DNA of 64,000 nt, taken from NCBI RefSeq assembly GCF_047739415.1, contig NZ_JBIQOE010000218.1, forward strand, positions 15,254 through 79,253, read 5' to 3'. Below the pieces are notes generated by a model. It saw only the letters and a program-made list of their open reading frames with translations, did not search any database and had not been told where the DNA came from. The stretch's first letter is position 1; each line of letters opens with the position of its first letter. Positions 54,159 through 63,531 of this stretch are shown here, piece after piece. This stretch comes from Mesobacillus sp. GTDB lineage: Bacteria; Bacillota; Bacilli; Bacillales; Cytobacillaceae. Both the position numbers and the translations under genes were made by a program.

Positions 54159-54651
54159 TACACAACCGCCTCCTTTAAATAATGATGTACGTTGAAGAAA
54201 ATCGTCCTACATTCAAATATTAGAAAATCGCCTAAATAACAGGCTTTATTTATTAATGTAGGTATATTCTCTTCAAAAAATAAATGAAAAGAATACGCCT
54301 ACATAATGTTAAAATGAAGAAAAACAACCAACATAACTAACATAACCTTAGCATTAATCCATTTGGTATGTATAGTACACACGAATAACAGTATTTGTCA
54401 TCGATAAATAACATTTTCTTTGTTATTAACTAATGACCTTAAGATACTTCTCTTACTGACTTCTATATTTAATAGTTCCCGAATTTTTCTGTGGTTGATA
54501 AAAAAATTGCCTCCTTTGTATTTCCCTCTAATTAGTAAAATAAATTCAAATTATGCCTTGCCTCTTAAACAAAATAATTCAATAAATAGCAGGAAAATTT
54601 ACTTTTTGTAAAGAATTGTATTTTTATGTATATGTATAGGAGGTGATTTCT

Positions 54652-55731
54652 TTGGTATTTTCAAAATTTGCTGAAGATGTTTTCTCAAAAAATCCAGTGT
54701 TTGTAGTTGGTAGTGGGACTTCTTCCGGAGCCGGAATATCAGGAATGTGGTCACTTGGTAATTATCTGGTTGGAAATGTAAAAACCAACGATTTTGAAGC
54801 TGAGGACCTACGTCATTGGGAGGTTTTCATAGAAAAAATATCTGAAGGAATTGGATTAGAGGAAGCATTACAGAGTCTCGGTGATATTTCAGAAAAGTTT
54901 ACTGATTCCATTGTTCAAGCTACTTGGAATTGCATTCTTATGGATGAAATGACACCTTTTTTGAAAATTTCAAGTGGGGAAGATATAACAGGCTTTAGTC
55001 GATTATTTAAAAGGTTTAGAAGCACAAACATTGATAGCATAAATATTATTACCACTAATTATGACCACCTAATTGAAGTATCAGCTGCATTCGAAAATTG
55101 GGAAGTATGGGATGGGTTTGGTAATGGAGTATTATCTCGACCAATGAATTCAGTCTTATTTAAAAGTAAAATGAGGAAATTAATAAGACCTGGAAGTAAG
55201 CCAATATTTGAAACTACTAAGCATGTCAAAATCTATAAACCTCATGGGTCATTGTCATGGTTTAAGCTTGAAAACAATTCCTTTATTAAGATACCTTCAA
55301 TTTCTTCCCAGCAAATTGAAAATCTCAAGAATCTAGGTATAAAGCCAGTAATTGTTACACCAGGTATAGGTAAATACCTTGAAACTCATTATGAACCCTA
55401 TAATAATGTTATGGCTGAAATGCAACAAAGCATACATGATGCAAAGGCAATGATATTTTTAGGTTTTGGATTTAATGATATACATATTCAAGCTAGTTTT
55501 CAATCTATATTAAGAAACGAAAATATCCCCAAGTTGATTGCAACTAGAACGTTAACTCCTAGTTTTTTTTCCTTAATTCAAAGAAATGAATTGAAAAACT
55601 TTTATGCAATAGAAAAATTTGAGGATAGCTCTAGAGTCATTTCTGATCTCCAAGATGAGCAGGTGTTTTCTACCTCTAATGAGGCTTGGAGTTTACATGG
55701 GTTATTAAATATGATTTGGGGAGAAGAATAA
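54652..55731 (+). CDS. SIR2-family (SIR2_2-like) protein, partner of HerA
   Basis: PVFVVGSGTSSGAGISGMW is the Rossmann / SIR2-like start, and IFLGFGFNDIHI is the C-terminal box. The probable TTG start at 54652 lies 8 nt after AGGAGG; the ORF track has GTG at 54643. Confidence 0.7.
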   Translation: MVFSKFAEDVFSKNPVFVVGSGTSSGAGISGMWSLGNYLVGNVKTNDFEAEDLRHWEVFIEKISEGIGLEEALQSLGDISEKFTDSIVQATWNCILMDEMTPFLKISSGEDITGFSRLFKRFRSTNIDSINIITTNYDHLIEVSAAFENWEVWDGFGNGVLSRPMNSVLFKSKMRKLIRPGSKPIFETTKHVKIYKPHGSLSWFKLENNSFIKIPSISSQQIENLKNLGIKPVIVTPGIGKYLETHYEPYNNVMAEMQQSIHDAKAMIFLGFGFNDIHIQASFQSILRNENIPKLIATRTLTPSFFSLIQRNELKNFYAIEKFEDSSRVISDLQDEQVFSTSNEAWSLHGLLNMIWGEE

Positions 55732-55734
55732 TAA

Positions 55735-57492
55735 ATGACTAACGAGATATTGTTTACAATTGATGGAGAAGAGAGTATTGGGCAAGTTACAAAAGTTGAT
55801 AGTTATAGTGTTTCCGTTTCTGTTATTGAGGAAAATAAGTTAGAACAAGTAAATGTAAATGGTTTTGTTATTCTATTTACTTCTAATCCAAATATAAGAC
55901 TCATAGGAAGAATTGACAGGGTATTGCAATCTGGAGTAGATTATTTTCAAAATGATGATGGAATAGAAGAAGTATTTAATAACGCAGAGGTATACATTAA
56001 TGTATTAGGAACCTTAAAAGGTGTGGGAGCAGGTAGGGAATTTACAACGTTTAATAGATCAGTGGATACACTGCCTGCAATTGGGTCACGGTGCTTTTTA
56101 TTGAACAGTGAGCGTCTAACTGCTTTTACAAGACTTATAGGAGATGAAACAACAGCTCAGGGAACTCCTTTGACAATCGGTTCATTTACCATGGCAAATG
56201 ATGCTGACGCAATATTGGATGGGAATGCTTTTTTTCAAAGACATGCTATGATTGTTGGGTCAACTGGATCAGGAAAGTCTTGGACCACTGCAACTATAAT
56301 TGAACAGGTAGCAGATTTACCAAATGCTAATATGATCGTCTTTGATCTACACTCCGAATACAGCCCATTAAGCGGCCATGAAAATATTAAAGTTTATCGG
56401 ATTGCAGGACCAGGTGACCTAAATAACCCGGGTGATGACGTTATTTTTCTTCCTTATTGGCTGTTAGGATATGAGGATATGTTAGCTTTAATCTTAGATA
56501 GAACAGATGAAAATGCACCTAATCAAGCAATGGCTTTCTCGAACATAGTGGTTGAAGCAAAGAGACGCATTTTGGTAGCCGAGGGATTGAATGAAGAACT
56601 AGAGACCTTTACAATTGACAGTCCTGTTCCTTATGATCTAACCTTTGTCATTGATGAATTAACCCGATTAAATAACGAAAGAGTTATAAACCCTGGAACA
56701 AATAGGGAAATAAATGGCCCATTTAATGGGAAGTTCAGTAGGTTTCTACCTCGTCTTTATGCCAAAAAAAGTGATAGAAGATACGGTTTCTTATTTAATC
56801 TAAATGAAGAACATCTACATACAAGCTATCTTTTATCTTTGGTAAATAAGCTAATGAGAATGGCAGATCATGAATCGACTGGGGTCAAGATTATTGACTT
56901 TTCAGAAGTCCCCTCTGATATTTTACCGATTGTAATTAGTTTGGTGGCCAGATTGGTGTTTCAAGTCCAACAGTGGTCTCCATATGACCAAAGGCATCCA
57001 ATAGCATTAATATGCGATGAAGCTCATTTATACTTACCATCAAGGCAAAATGCAGACGCTTCAGAAGGTCGGGCTTTATCGCATTTCGAAAGAATTGCTA
57101 AGGAAGGTAGGAAATATGGTGTAAGTTTATTAATAATAAGCCAAAGACCTTCTGAGCTAAATACAACTATTATGAGCCAATGTAATAATGTAATTTCATT
57201 GAGATTATCAAATCAATCCGATAAAACAGCAGTATGTAATCTTTTGCCAGAAAATCTTGGGGGAATACAAGATTTACTTCCAACGCTTGGAATAGGAGAA
57301 GCAATAGTAGTTGGGGATTCGTGCTTACTACCGAGTAGGATTAGAATTAAAGAACCTATATTTAAACCTAATTCCAATTCTGTGAAGTTCTGGAATGAAT
57401 GGTGTAACAGTATTAACGAACAAAACTTAAATAACTCTGTTCAAAATATGAGGAGACAAACAATGGAGGAAGCTTTAGTTGTCCAAGATTAA
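55735..57492 (+). CDS. HerA-like (DUF87) FtsK/HerA-superfamily ATPase
   Basis: 585 aa. Walker A GSTGSGKSW and Walker B ALICDEAHLY. LLIISQRPSEL box. The start is 3 nt after the SIR2 stop. Confidence 0.8.
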   Translation: MTNEILFTIDGEESIGQVTKVDSYSVSVSVIEENKLEQVNVNGFVILFTSNPNIRLIGRIDRVLQSGVDYFQNDDGIEEVFNNAEVYINVLGTLKGVGAGREFTTFNRSVDTLPAIGSRCFLLNSERLTAFTRLIGDETTAQGTPLTIGSFTMANDADAILDGNAFFQRHAMIVGSTGSGKSWTTATIIEQVADLPNANMIVFDLHSEYSPLSGHENIKVYRIAGPGDLNNPGDDVIFLPYWLLGYEDMLALILDRTDENAPNQAMAFSNIVVEAKRRILVAEGLNEELETFTIDSPVPYDLTFVIDELTRLNNERVINPGTNREINGPFNGKFSRFLPRLYAKKSDRRYGFLFNLNEEHLHTSYLLSLVNKLMRMADHESTGVKIIDFSEVPSDILPIVISLVARLVFQVQQWSPYDQRHPIALICDEAHLYLPSRQNADASEGRALSHFERIAKEGRKYGVSLLIISQRPSELNTTIMSQCNNVISLRLSNQSDKTAVCNLLPENLGGIQDLLPTLGIGEAIVVGDSCLLPSRIRIKEPIFKPNSNSVKFWNEWCNSINEQNLNNSVQNMRRQTMEEALVVQD

Positions 57493-57720
57493 AAATAATT
57501 ATATTGTAAGTTAGTTTTCACCATCATGGTTTTAAAAGTTGCAATAATATTAAAGGATTCTTGGTAGAAAGCCCCCGCATATTGTTTAAAAAAAGTAAAA
57601 AGTTATGTCTTTTGCATTGCTCGATAAAACTTGAAATTACTTTTTTAAAACGGCAATTTTACCTATTTCTTTTTTTAAAAGGAATAGATCAATAAATATA
57701 AATTTTTAAGTGGTTTATCT

Positions 57721-57744
57721 CAACGTCTACATTTGTAGACGTTT
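57721..57744. repeat. Left copy of the 24-bp palindromic direct repeat flanking the IS
   Basis: caacgtctacatttgtagacgttt is identical to 59485-59508. It contains the hairpin aacgtctaca/tgtagacgtt. Confidence 0.85.
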
Positions 57745-57804
57745 CAGACTGTAGACAAACTCGATGAAAATCGTGTTTGTTTACAGTCTTTTTTTGGTTG
57801 GTGG

Positions 57805-57960
57805 TTGAATGTGGCTGTTGATTTCCGTTCCAGGCGCTTCGCTTTCCGCGGGGCCGGCGCTGAGCCTCCTCGTCGCCGCTGGCGCCTGCGGGGTCTCACC
57901 TGTCCAGCTGATCCCGCAGGAGTCTACGCGCCTTCCACTACAATCAACAGGACTTCAAAA
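57805..57960. other. GC-rich module (about 150 bp) inside the IS left end
   Basis: Visibly GC-rich (cgcttcgctttccgcggggccggcgctgagcctcctcgtcgccgctggcgcctgcgggg...) against an AT-rich background. Contains the hairpin ctgcgggg...tcccgcag at about 57886-57921. Confidence 0.6.
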
Positions 57961-58025
57961 TTTATTGTGGAGTGGTACGGACGTTTATTTTAAAATGGAC
58001 TTATATAACGCATGAGGTGATGGAG

Positions 58026-59384
58026 ATGTTGTCAAAAAAGAGTTTGGCCGCACGATATCAAGTAGAGATGGCCGCCGTTGATGAACTTGTTCCCCAGGAT
58101 CATTTGGTCCGGAAGTTGGAGGCTGCCATCGACTTCTCTTTCATCTATGATCGAGTAAGGGATCTCTATTCTGAAGTGGGCCGCCCAAGTATCGATGCGG
58201 TTATGTTAATCAAACTTCCATTCATTCAATATATTTTCGGCATCCGCTCCATGCGCCAGACTATCAAGGAAACACAAACCAATATGGCTTATCGCTGGTT
58301 TCTGGGATTGGGCTTCCATGATCCGATTCCTCACTTCTCCACCTTCGGGAAGAATTACGAACGTCGCTTTGAGGAAAGCACACTGTTTGAGGAAATCTTC
58401 ATGGAAATTCTTGAGATAGCGATTGAAAAGAAACTGCTCAATGCCGACCACGTCTTCATTGATTCTACACATGTAAAAGCCAGTGCCAATAAGCATAAAT
58501 TCGAAAAGAAAATGGTTGAAAAGGAGACTCGAGCTTATCAGGAACAGCTCCAGAAAGAAATCAACCAGGATCGCGAAGAACATGGGAAGAAGCCAATTCC
58601 ACCAGAAAAGTTTGAAAAGGAAGAAACAAAGGAGATCAAGGAGAGCACTACCGATCCTGAGAGCGGGTACTATGTGAAGGATGAACGGACGAAACAGTTC
58701 GCCTATTCCTTTCATGCGGCATCTGACCGAAATGGGTTCGTACTTGGAACTATTGTGACTCCTGGAAATACTCATGACAGTCTCATCTTGGAGCCATTGG
58801 TAAAGCGAGTAACCGAGAATGTAGGGAAGCCAAAGGCCGTCGCAGCTGATGCAGCGTATAAGACTCCCGCTATTGCGAAGTATTTATTTGATCAGGAGAT
58901 AACGCCGGTCCTTCCATATACCAGGCCGCGGACCAAGGATGGTTTCTTCCGGAAACATGAGTATGTGTATGATGAGTATTACGACTGTTATCTATGTCCT
59001 GCAGGCGAGGTTCTCAAGTATTCGACCACCACCAAGGAAGGGTACCGTGAATATAAATCACCAAAGCACGTTTGTGCCCATTGCCCGTTTTTAGCCCAAT
59101 GCACAGAAAGCAAGGACCATCAAAAAGTGATTACCCGTCATATCTGGCAAGAGTACCTAGAAGAAGCAGAGCATCTCAGGCATAAGCCAGAGATCAAAGA
59201 GATTTATTCAAAGCGAAAGGAAACCATCGAGCGGGTATTCGCAGATGCAAAAGAAAAGCATGGCATGCGCTGGACAACCCTTAGGGGGCTGAAAAAATTG
59301 TCCATGCAGGCGATGCTTACTTTCGCTGCCTTGAATCTTAAAAAGATCGCCAACTGGACTTGGAAGGGTCCGATTAAAGCCTAA
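58026..59384 (+). CDS. IS1182-family DDE transposase
   Basis: ATG at 58026, 6 nt after GAGGTG. N-terminal LVPQDHLVRKLEAAIDFSFIYDRVRDLYSEVGRPSID. Cys-rich YDCYLCPAGE...CAHCPFLAQC. C-terminal ERVFADAKEKHGMRW. Confidence 0.8.
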   Translation: MLSKKSLAARYQVEMAAVDELVPQDHLVRKLEAAIDFSFIYDRVRDLYSEVGRPSIDAVMLIKLPFIQYIFGIRSMRQTIKETQTNMAYRWFLGLGFHDPIPHFSTFGKNYERRFEESTLFEEIFMEILEIAIEKKLLNADHVFIDSTHVKASANKHKFEKKMVEKETRAYQEQLQKEINQDREEHGKKPIPPEKFEKEETKEIKESTTDPESGYYVKDERTKQFAYSFHAASDRNGFVLGTIVTPGNTHDSLILEPLVKRVTENVGKPKAVAADAAYKTPAIAKYLFDQEITPVLPYTRPRTKDGFFRKHEYVYDEYYDCYLCPAGEVLKYSTTTKEGYREYKSPKHVCAHCPFLAQCTESKDHQKVITRHIWQEYLEEAEHLRHKPEIKEIYSKRKETIERVFADAKEKHGMRWTTLRGLKKLSMQAMLTFAALNLKKIANWTWKGPIKA

Positions 59385-59484
59385 AAAGATTAGTTAAGTG
59401 GAGTCTGTCCACTTGAGAAATGCAATAAAAAGACAAAAAAGGTTCGGAATGAGAGAATTCCGAACCCTATTTGTCGACAAACTG

Positions 59485-59508
59485 CAACGTCTACATTTGT
59501 AGACGTTT
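59485..59508. repeat. Right copy of the 24-bp palindromic direct repeat flanking the IS
   Basis: caacgtctacatttgtagacgttt followed by a T-run. Without the IS it would read as a single hairpin terminator downstream of herA. Confidence 0.85.
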
Positions 59509-59590
59509 TTCTTTTTTTAATCTAGTACAGAGAGTATAAATATCTAAATATTGGAGAACATAAAAATATAAAAATATGAGGTGATAAATT

Positions 59591-59776
59591 ATGAAATTCA
59601 TAGAAATCAAGCTAACTAAACATTCTATTTTTCTTACAGAAAAAGAAATCCGTACGTTATTATCTCATCATCCTGAAGTGTACATTGAAGGAATCAATAG
59701 AGGTAAAGCTTTCAAGAGAAGCGGCCAAATGAAGGAGAGAATCAAAAATAAAGTTAACAATGAGGAAATAAATTGA
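59591..59776 (+). CDS. Small hypothetical protein upstream of tnsA
   Basis: 61 aa. RBS GAGGTGA at good spacing. Confidence 0.4.
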   Translation: MKFIEIKLTKHSIFLTEKEIRTLLSHHPEVYIEGINRGKAFKRSGQMKERIKNKVNNEEIN

Positions 59777-59857
59777 GATTTTCCCATTACTTTATATATT
59801 CATAGATATTTAAAATTAGAGTAAGCTATATGTAATTTATGAATTGAGGTGTGACAC

Positions 59858-60532
59858 TTGTATGAACCGCATCCGATAAAGAGGAACAGCTCTTTTTATA
59901 AGAATTATTGGGAGGCCTATAGTCCTAAATTAAAACGTGATGTCTGCTACCTTGGACAAGCCAATTATGAAGTATGGCTGCTGATAGAACTAAATCATGA
60001 AATAATATCATTTTGTGAACGTCCTTTAGTAATATCGGGTGTTTTTAATAAGAAAAAAATCGAAGTTATTCCTAACTTCTGGCTAAAATACAAAAATGGC
60101 CAGGAAAGCCTTGTAATAATTGAAGCAAGCAAAAGTGATAAACAAAAAAGAGAAATTACCTTTTTAGCAGAATGGTGCAAGAATAATAACAGACAATTAG
60201 AGGTAAAAGATTATTCTTATCTATTACAAAATCAATTATCAATAAATAATGCAAAAAGGTTAATTCCTTATCTTTCTAATTCTAATCCCTTAGATTTAGA
60301 TATACATAAAGTTAGTAAATGTATATTTTTTGAGAAAAGGACAATTAAAACGATCCTGACTGAATTAAAAGGTTCAATCACTGAGCAAAGAATCATTGTA
60401 GCTCTTTATAACTTAATATTCAACAACAAAATAGCATCCAATATACACTTAAAACCATTAAATATAAATACGGAGGTGTGGCTCCATTGTCCAGAAGGCG
60501 AATCACAGAATCATTCGACAACGAATTATTAA
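59858..60532 (+). CDS. tnsA: TnsA-like endonuclease (Tn7-like transposition protein A)
   Basis: 224 aa. Restriction-endonuclease-like core (E)...IPNFWLKYKNGQESLVIIEASKS. The gene sits immediately upstream of, and overlaps, a TnsB-like gene. Confidence 0.55.
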   Translation: MYEPHPIKRNSSFYKNYWEAYSPKLKRDVCYLGQANYEVWLLIELNHEIISFCERPLVISGVFNKKKIEVIPNFWLKYKNGQESLVIIEASKSDKQKREITFLAEWCKNNNRQLEVKDYSYLLQNQLSINNAKRLIPYLSNSNPLDLDIHKVSKCIFFEKRTIKTILTELKGSITEQRIIVALYNLIFNNKIASNIHLKPLNINTEVWLHCPEGESQNHSTTNY

Positions 60533-62316
60533 ATACAGCCAATTGGCCAAGGGCAAATTTAAATGTCATGACCGATCAAGATTTGGAGACTTATAAAAAA
60601 AGAAAAAAAGCTGTAGAGATGTTTATAAGAGGCGATTCTCTTAATGAAATAAAGATAGAAACTGGCATAGATAGGAAAGAAATTAATAATTTTTTCAAGA
60701 AGTGCTTATTTGAAGATAAGTTTGGAATGATTTATGGATTTAATGCATTAATACCTGGAAAGACAATTAAACAATATAACAGAAAAGAGTTACCAAACTC
60801 TACTTCAAAGAAGCACTACAATCAGCAGACTGGGGCATTTACACTTTTGTTAAAAACCTATCCTGTATTACAAGAATTGATCGATACTTTATTTTTCAAA
60901 AATAAAAATAAGTCTCTAACCGACCCTGTTATGAAAAAAAACAGAATACATAAAAGGTTTATTGAGAAATGTAGAGAGTTAGGAATAAAAGCGCCTTTTG
61001 ATTACCCCTTTAACACTAAAGAGTTAGCAAGAAGATCTTTATATAGATATCTTCAAAAATTAGAAGAAGATAAAATGTCTGATGCAAGCTATAGATACAA
61101 CAGTGAAAATGAAAATCTTGATAACATAAATACTCACTTTAACGAACAAGCACCTACCTACTTAAAACCATACGAGAGGGTACAATTCGATGGACACAAA
61201 ATTGACCTTTCCCTCTCATTAACTTTCGAAACACCTTCTGGAGATGAAGTTACTAAGGTTTTAGATCGAATTTGGTTATTAGTGATCATAGATGTAGCAT
61301 CAAGAGCAGTTCTCGGATATCACATTTCGTTAAATAAAGAGTACAATTCAAACGATGTTCTGCAATGTGTGAAAAAATCAATAGAACCTTGGAAGCCTCT
61401 TAACTTGACTATTCCAGGTTTAAAATATCCACCAAATGGAGGAATACCTTCCGGACTTATAAAAGAATCAAAGTGGGCTTTATGGGATGAATTTTATTAT
61501 GACAATGCAAAAGCCAATTTATCCATCATAGTAAGGGACAGAGTAAAAAGAATCATAAACTGCAGAGTAAACGCTGGTCCAGTTAAATCCCCAACAAAAA
61601 GGTCTTTAATAGAGAGATTTTTTGGATTACTTGAGGAAAATGGGTTCCACCGACTAATAAATACAACAGGCAGCAATCCAAAGGATCCTAGAAGAAATAA
61701 CCCAGAAAAACAAGCTCTTAAATTCAAGATGAATATAAACGACCTTGAAGAATTAACAGATGTGTTAATTGCCGATTATAATTCTACGCCTAATGAAGGA
61801 ACCAGTTTTTCAACCCCATTAGAAGCATTACAACACAGAATAAATAAAGACCCAATTATTCGCCAACTTCAGGAAGAGGAGCGAGACAATATTCCATTTT
61901 TATGTGTTGAAGCTAAACGGGAAGTTAAGGGAAGTATAGAGCAGGGAAGAAGACCGTATATTCAGTTTGAAAACGTACGATATACAAATGAACTTTTACT
62001 TAGGTCCCCAGGCTTAATAGGAAAAACACTTGATTTAGTTATAAATATTGATGATGTAAGGTTTTTAACTGCATATTTACCAGATGGATCAGAACTTGGA
62101 AAATTAGTAGGGAGCGGTTATTGGGGTAAAACAAAGCATAGCCTGGCTTTAAGAAAAGAGATTTTTAGTTTGAGAAATAAAAAACTCATTCACTTTACCA
62201 CAAAAGATGACCCGATTAAGGCTTTTCAACAGTATTTAAAAGAAAAAGCGATCACACATAAAAGATATAGAAATAAATTAAATTCGTTAGAAAAAACTTT
62301 AGCAAATGAACAGTGA
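60487..62316 (+). CDS. tnsB: TnsB-like DDE (rve/Mu-type) transposase
   Basis: VQFDGHKIDL...LLVIIDVASRAVLGYHIS...YYDNAKANLS is a DDE integrase core. The probable TTG start at 60487 lies 10 nt after GGAGG; the ORF track has 60478. Confidence 0.65.
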   Translation: MSRRRITESFDNELLNTANWPRANLNVMTDQDLETYKKRKKAVEMFIRGDSLNEIKIETGIDRKEINNFFKKCLFEDKFGMIYGFNALIPGKTIKQYNRKELPNSTSKKHYNQQTGAFTLLLKTYPVLQELIDTLFFKNKNKSLTDPVMKKNRIHKRFIEKCRELGIKAPFDYPFNTKELARRSLYRYLQKLEEDKMSDASYRYNSENENLDNINTHFNEQAPTYLKPYERVQFDGHKIDLSLSLTFETPSGDEVTKVLDRIWLLVIIDVASRAVLGYHISLNKEYNSNDVLQCVKKSIEPWKPLNLTIPGLKYPPNGGIPSGLIKESKWALWDEFYYDNAKANLSIIVRDRVKRIINCRVNAGPVKSPTKRSLIERFFGLLEENGFHRLINTTGSNPKDPRRNNPEKQALKFKMNINDLEELTDVLIADYNSTPNEGTSFSTPLEALQHRINKDPIIRQLQEEERDNIPFLCVEAKREVKGSIEQGRRPYIQFENVRYTNELLLRSPGLIGKTLDLVINIDDVRFLTAYLPDGSELGKLVGSGYWGKTKHSLALRKEIFSLRNKKLIHFTTKDDPIKAFQQYLKEKAITHKRYRNKLNSLEKTLANEQ

Positions 62317-62420
62317 TTACGGCCATAGGATCTTACCACCTCTGCCATCTTTTTTACCACTCAATGACAGAGAATTTACCGGCAAGTGCCAAGTTGTTTA
62401 CCAACTTAAATTTAATTAGA

Positions 62421-62454
62421 ATACCCCTGCCTATTCGACCAATGGCAGGGGTAT
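62421..62454. terminator. Bidirectional hairpin terminator
   Basis: Stem atacccctgcc (62421-62431) / ggcaggggtat (62444-62454). It lies 20 nt beyond the stop of the minus-strand 99-aa gene. Confidence 0.65.
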
Positions 62455-62473
62455 TCTTTAACCTAATGGTGCT

Positions 62474-62773
62474 TTACTTCATCGAGGATAACTTTTGACT
62501 TAGTTTTTTGTTTTCCTTCTCTAACTGTTTGTTTTCCTGAATGAGCCTACTTATTTTTGTTTCATCACTTATTCCAATTTCATATGATGTGCCTTTCCAA
62601 AGTAATTCGAGGAATTCATAAACATCATCTTGATCCATTTTGTAAACTCTATTTTCGTGTTTAGCTTTTATTTTCCCCTCTACTGCCCATTTCTTAACAT
62701 CATGCCAATGACATTCTATTCCATAAGATTGTAAGAGTGCGGCAGCTTCCTGAATCGTTAATAAATCCCTCAT
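62474..62773 (-). CDS. Excisionase/MerR-like HTH protein translationally coupled to istB
   Basis: 99 aa. LLTIQEAAALLQSYGI is an HTH start, and the C-terminus is a coiled coil. The start overlaps the istB stop (ATGA at 62770-62773). Confidence 0.6.
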   Translation of the reverse strand: MRDLLTIQEAAALLQSYGIECHWHDVKKWAVEGKIKAKHENRVYKMDQDDVYEFLELLWKGTSYEIGISDETKISRLIQENKQLEKENKKLSQKLSSMK

Positions 62774-63531
62774 TCCTCAACCTCTCTGCCCAATCCATGA
62801 CGTTCCCTCATGGAAATGTCCCCATCTAATAATAACTGGTAGGAGTCATGGACAATGCGGTCTAAAATGGCTTCTGCCATCGTACCGTTCCCCAATTTGA
62901 TATGCCAACCGCTCGGATCAATTTGGGAACAATAAATGGTGGAAACAGTTTTGTGCCGGGCTTCTGTAATCTCCAACAGGATATTTGCTTCTTCCTTCGA
63001 AAGATCCGTAAGGAGCCACTCGTCAAGAATGAGTAGATCTGTTTTTGTGTATTTTTTGATTATCTTTCGATAGCTGCCGTCGGCAGCCAATTTAGCCAGT
63101 GACAGTTCATCCAGTAATTCCGGAAGGCGGACATATTTCACTTTATACTGCTGACGGCAAGCGGAAACACCAAGCGCACACGCCATAAAGGTTTTGCCTG
63201 AGCCAGTAGGGCCTTTTAAAATGATGTTATGATGATCTTGGATATAAAGGCCGCTGCCCAATTTTAAAATGAGTTCCTTCTTAAGTCTTCGATCCTCATG
63301 ATACTCAATATCCTCAATGCTGGCTTTGGAGTCTGAAAATGTGGCATTTTTAATTAATCGATTTAAATGATTGCTTTTCCGACGTGAATATTCCAGGTCG
63401 ACAAGCAAGGAGAACCGATCTTCAAATCTCATGGACTGGTATTCTCTGTTTAAGGATTGTTCTTTGAATGCTTCAGCCATCCCTCCTAAATTCATCTCCT
63501 GCAGCTTGGATAACACATGCTCGTTTAACAT
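62770..63531 (-). CDS. istB: IS21-family helper ATPase IstB
   Basis: 253 aa. Walker A GPTGSGKTF and Walker B LLILDEWL. Typical IstB N-terminus. Confidence 0.85.
   Translation of the reverse strand: MLNEHVLSKLQEMNLGGMAEAFKEQSLNREYQSMRFEDRFSLLVDLEYSRRKSNHLNRLIKNATFSDSKASIEDIEYHEDRRLKKELILKLGSGLYIQDHHNIILKGPTGSGKTFMACALGVSACRQQYKVKYVRLPELLDELSLAKLAADGSYRKIIKKYTKTDLLILDEWLLTDLSKEEANILLEITEARHKTVSTIYCSQIDPSGWHIKLGNGTMAEAILDRIVHDSYQLLLDGDISMRERHGLGREVEE

Larger units (their letters stand above)
57745..59484 (+). mobile_element. IS1182-family insertion sequence (1,740 bp)
   Basis: Imperfect terminal IRs cagactgtagacaaa (57745-57759) and tttgtcgacaaactg (59470-59484) match 12/15. A single transposase gene. 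Flanked by an identical 24-bp duplication. Confidence 0.75.

Noticed and set aside
57805-58015. Two overlapping plus-strand ORFs of 62 and 68 aa, Arg/Ala/Gly/Pro-rich
   Set aside because: They are generated by the GC-rich module inside the IS. There is no RBS, and two frames are open simultaneously, which is typical of a compositional artefact.
58206-58775. 189-aa minus-strand ORF
   Set aside because: It is antisense to the IS1182-family transposase gene and shows no recognisable features.
62313-62498. 61-aa plus-strand ORF after tnsB
   Set aside because: It runs straight through the 62421-62454 terminator hairpin and has no RBS. It is probably non-coding junction or IS-end DNA.
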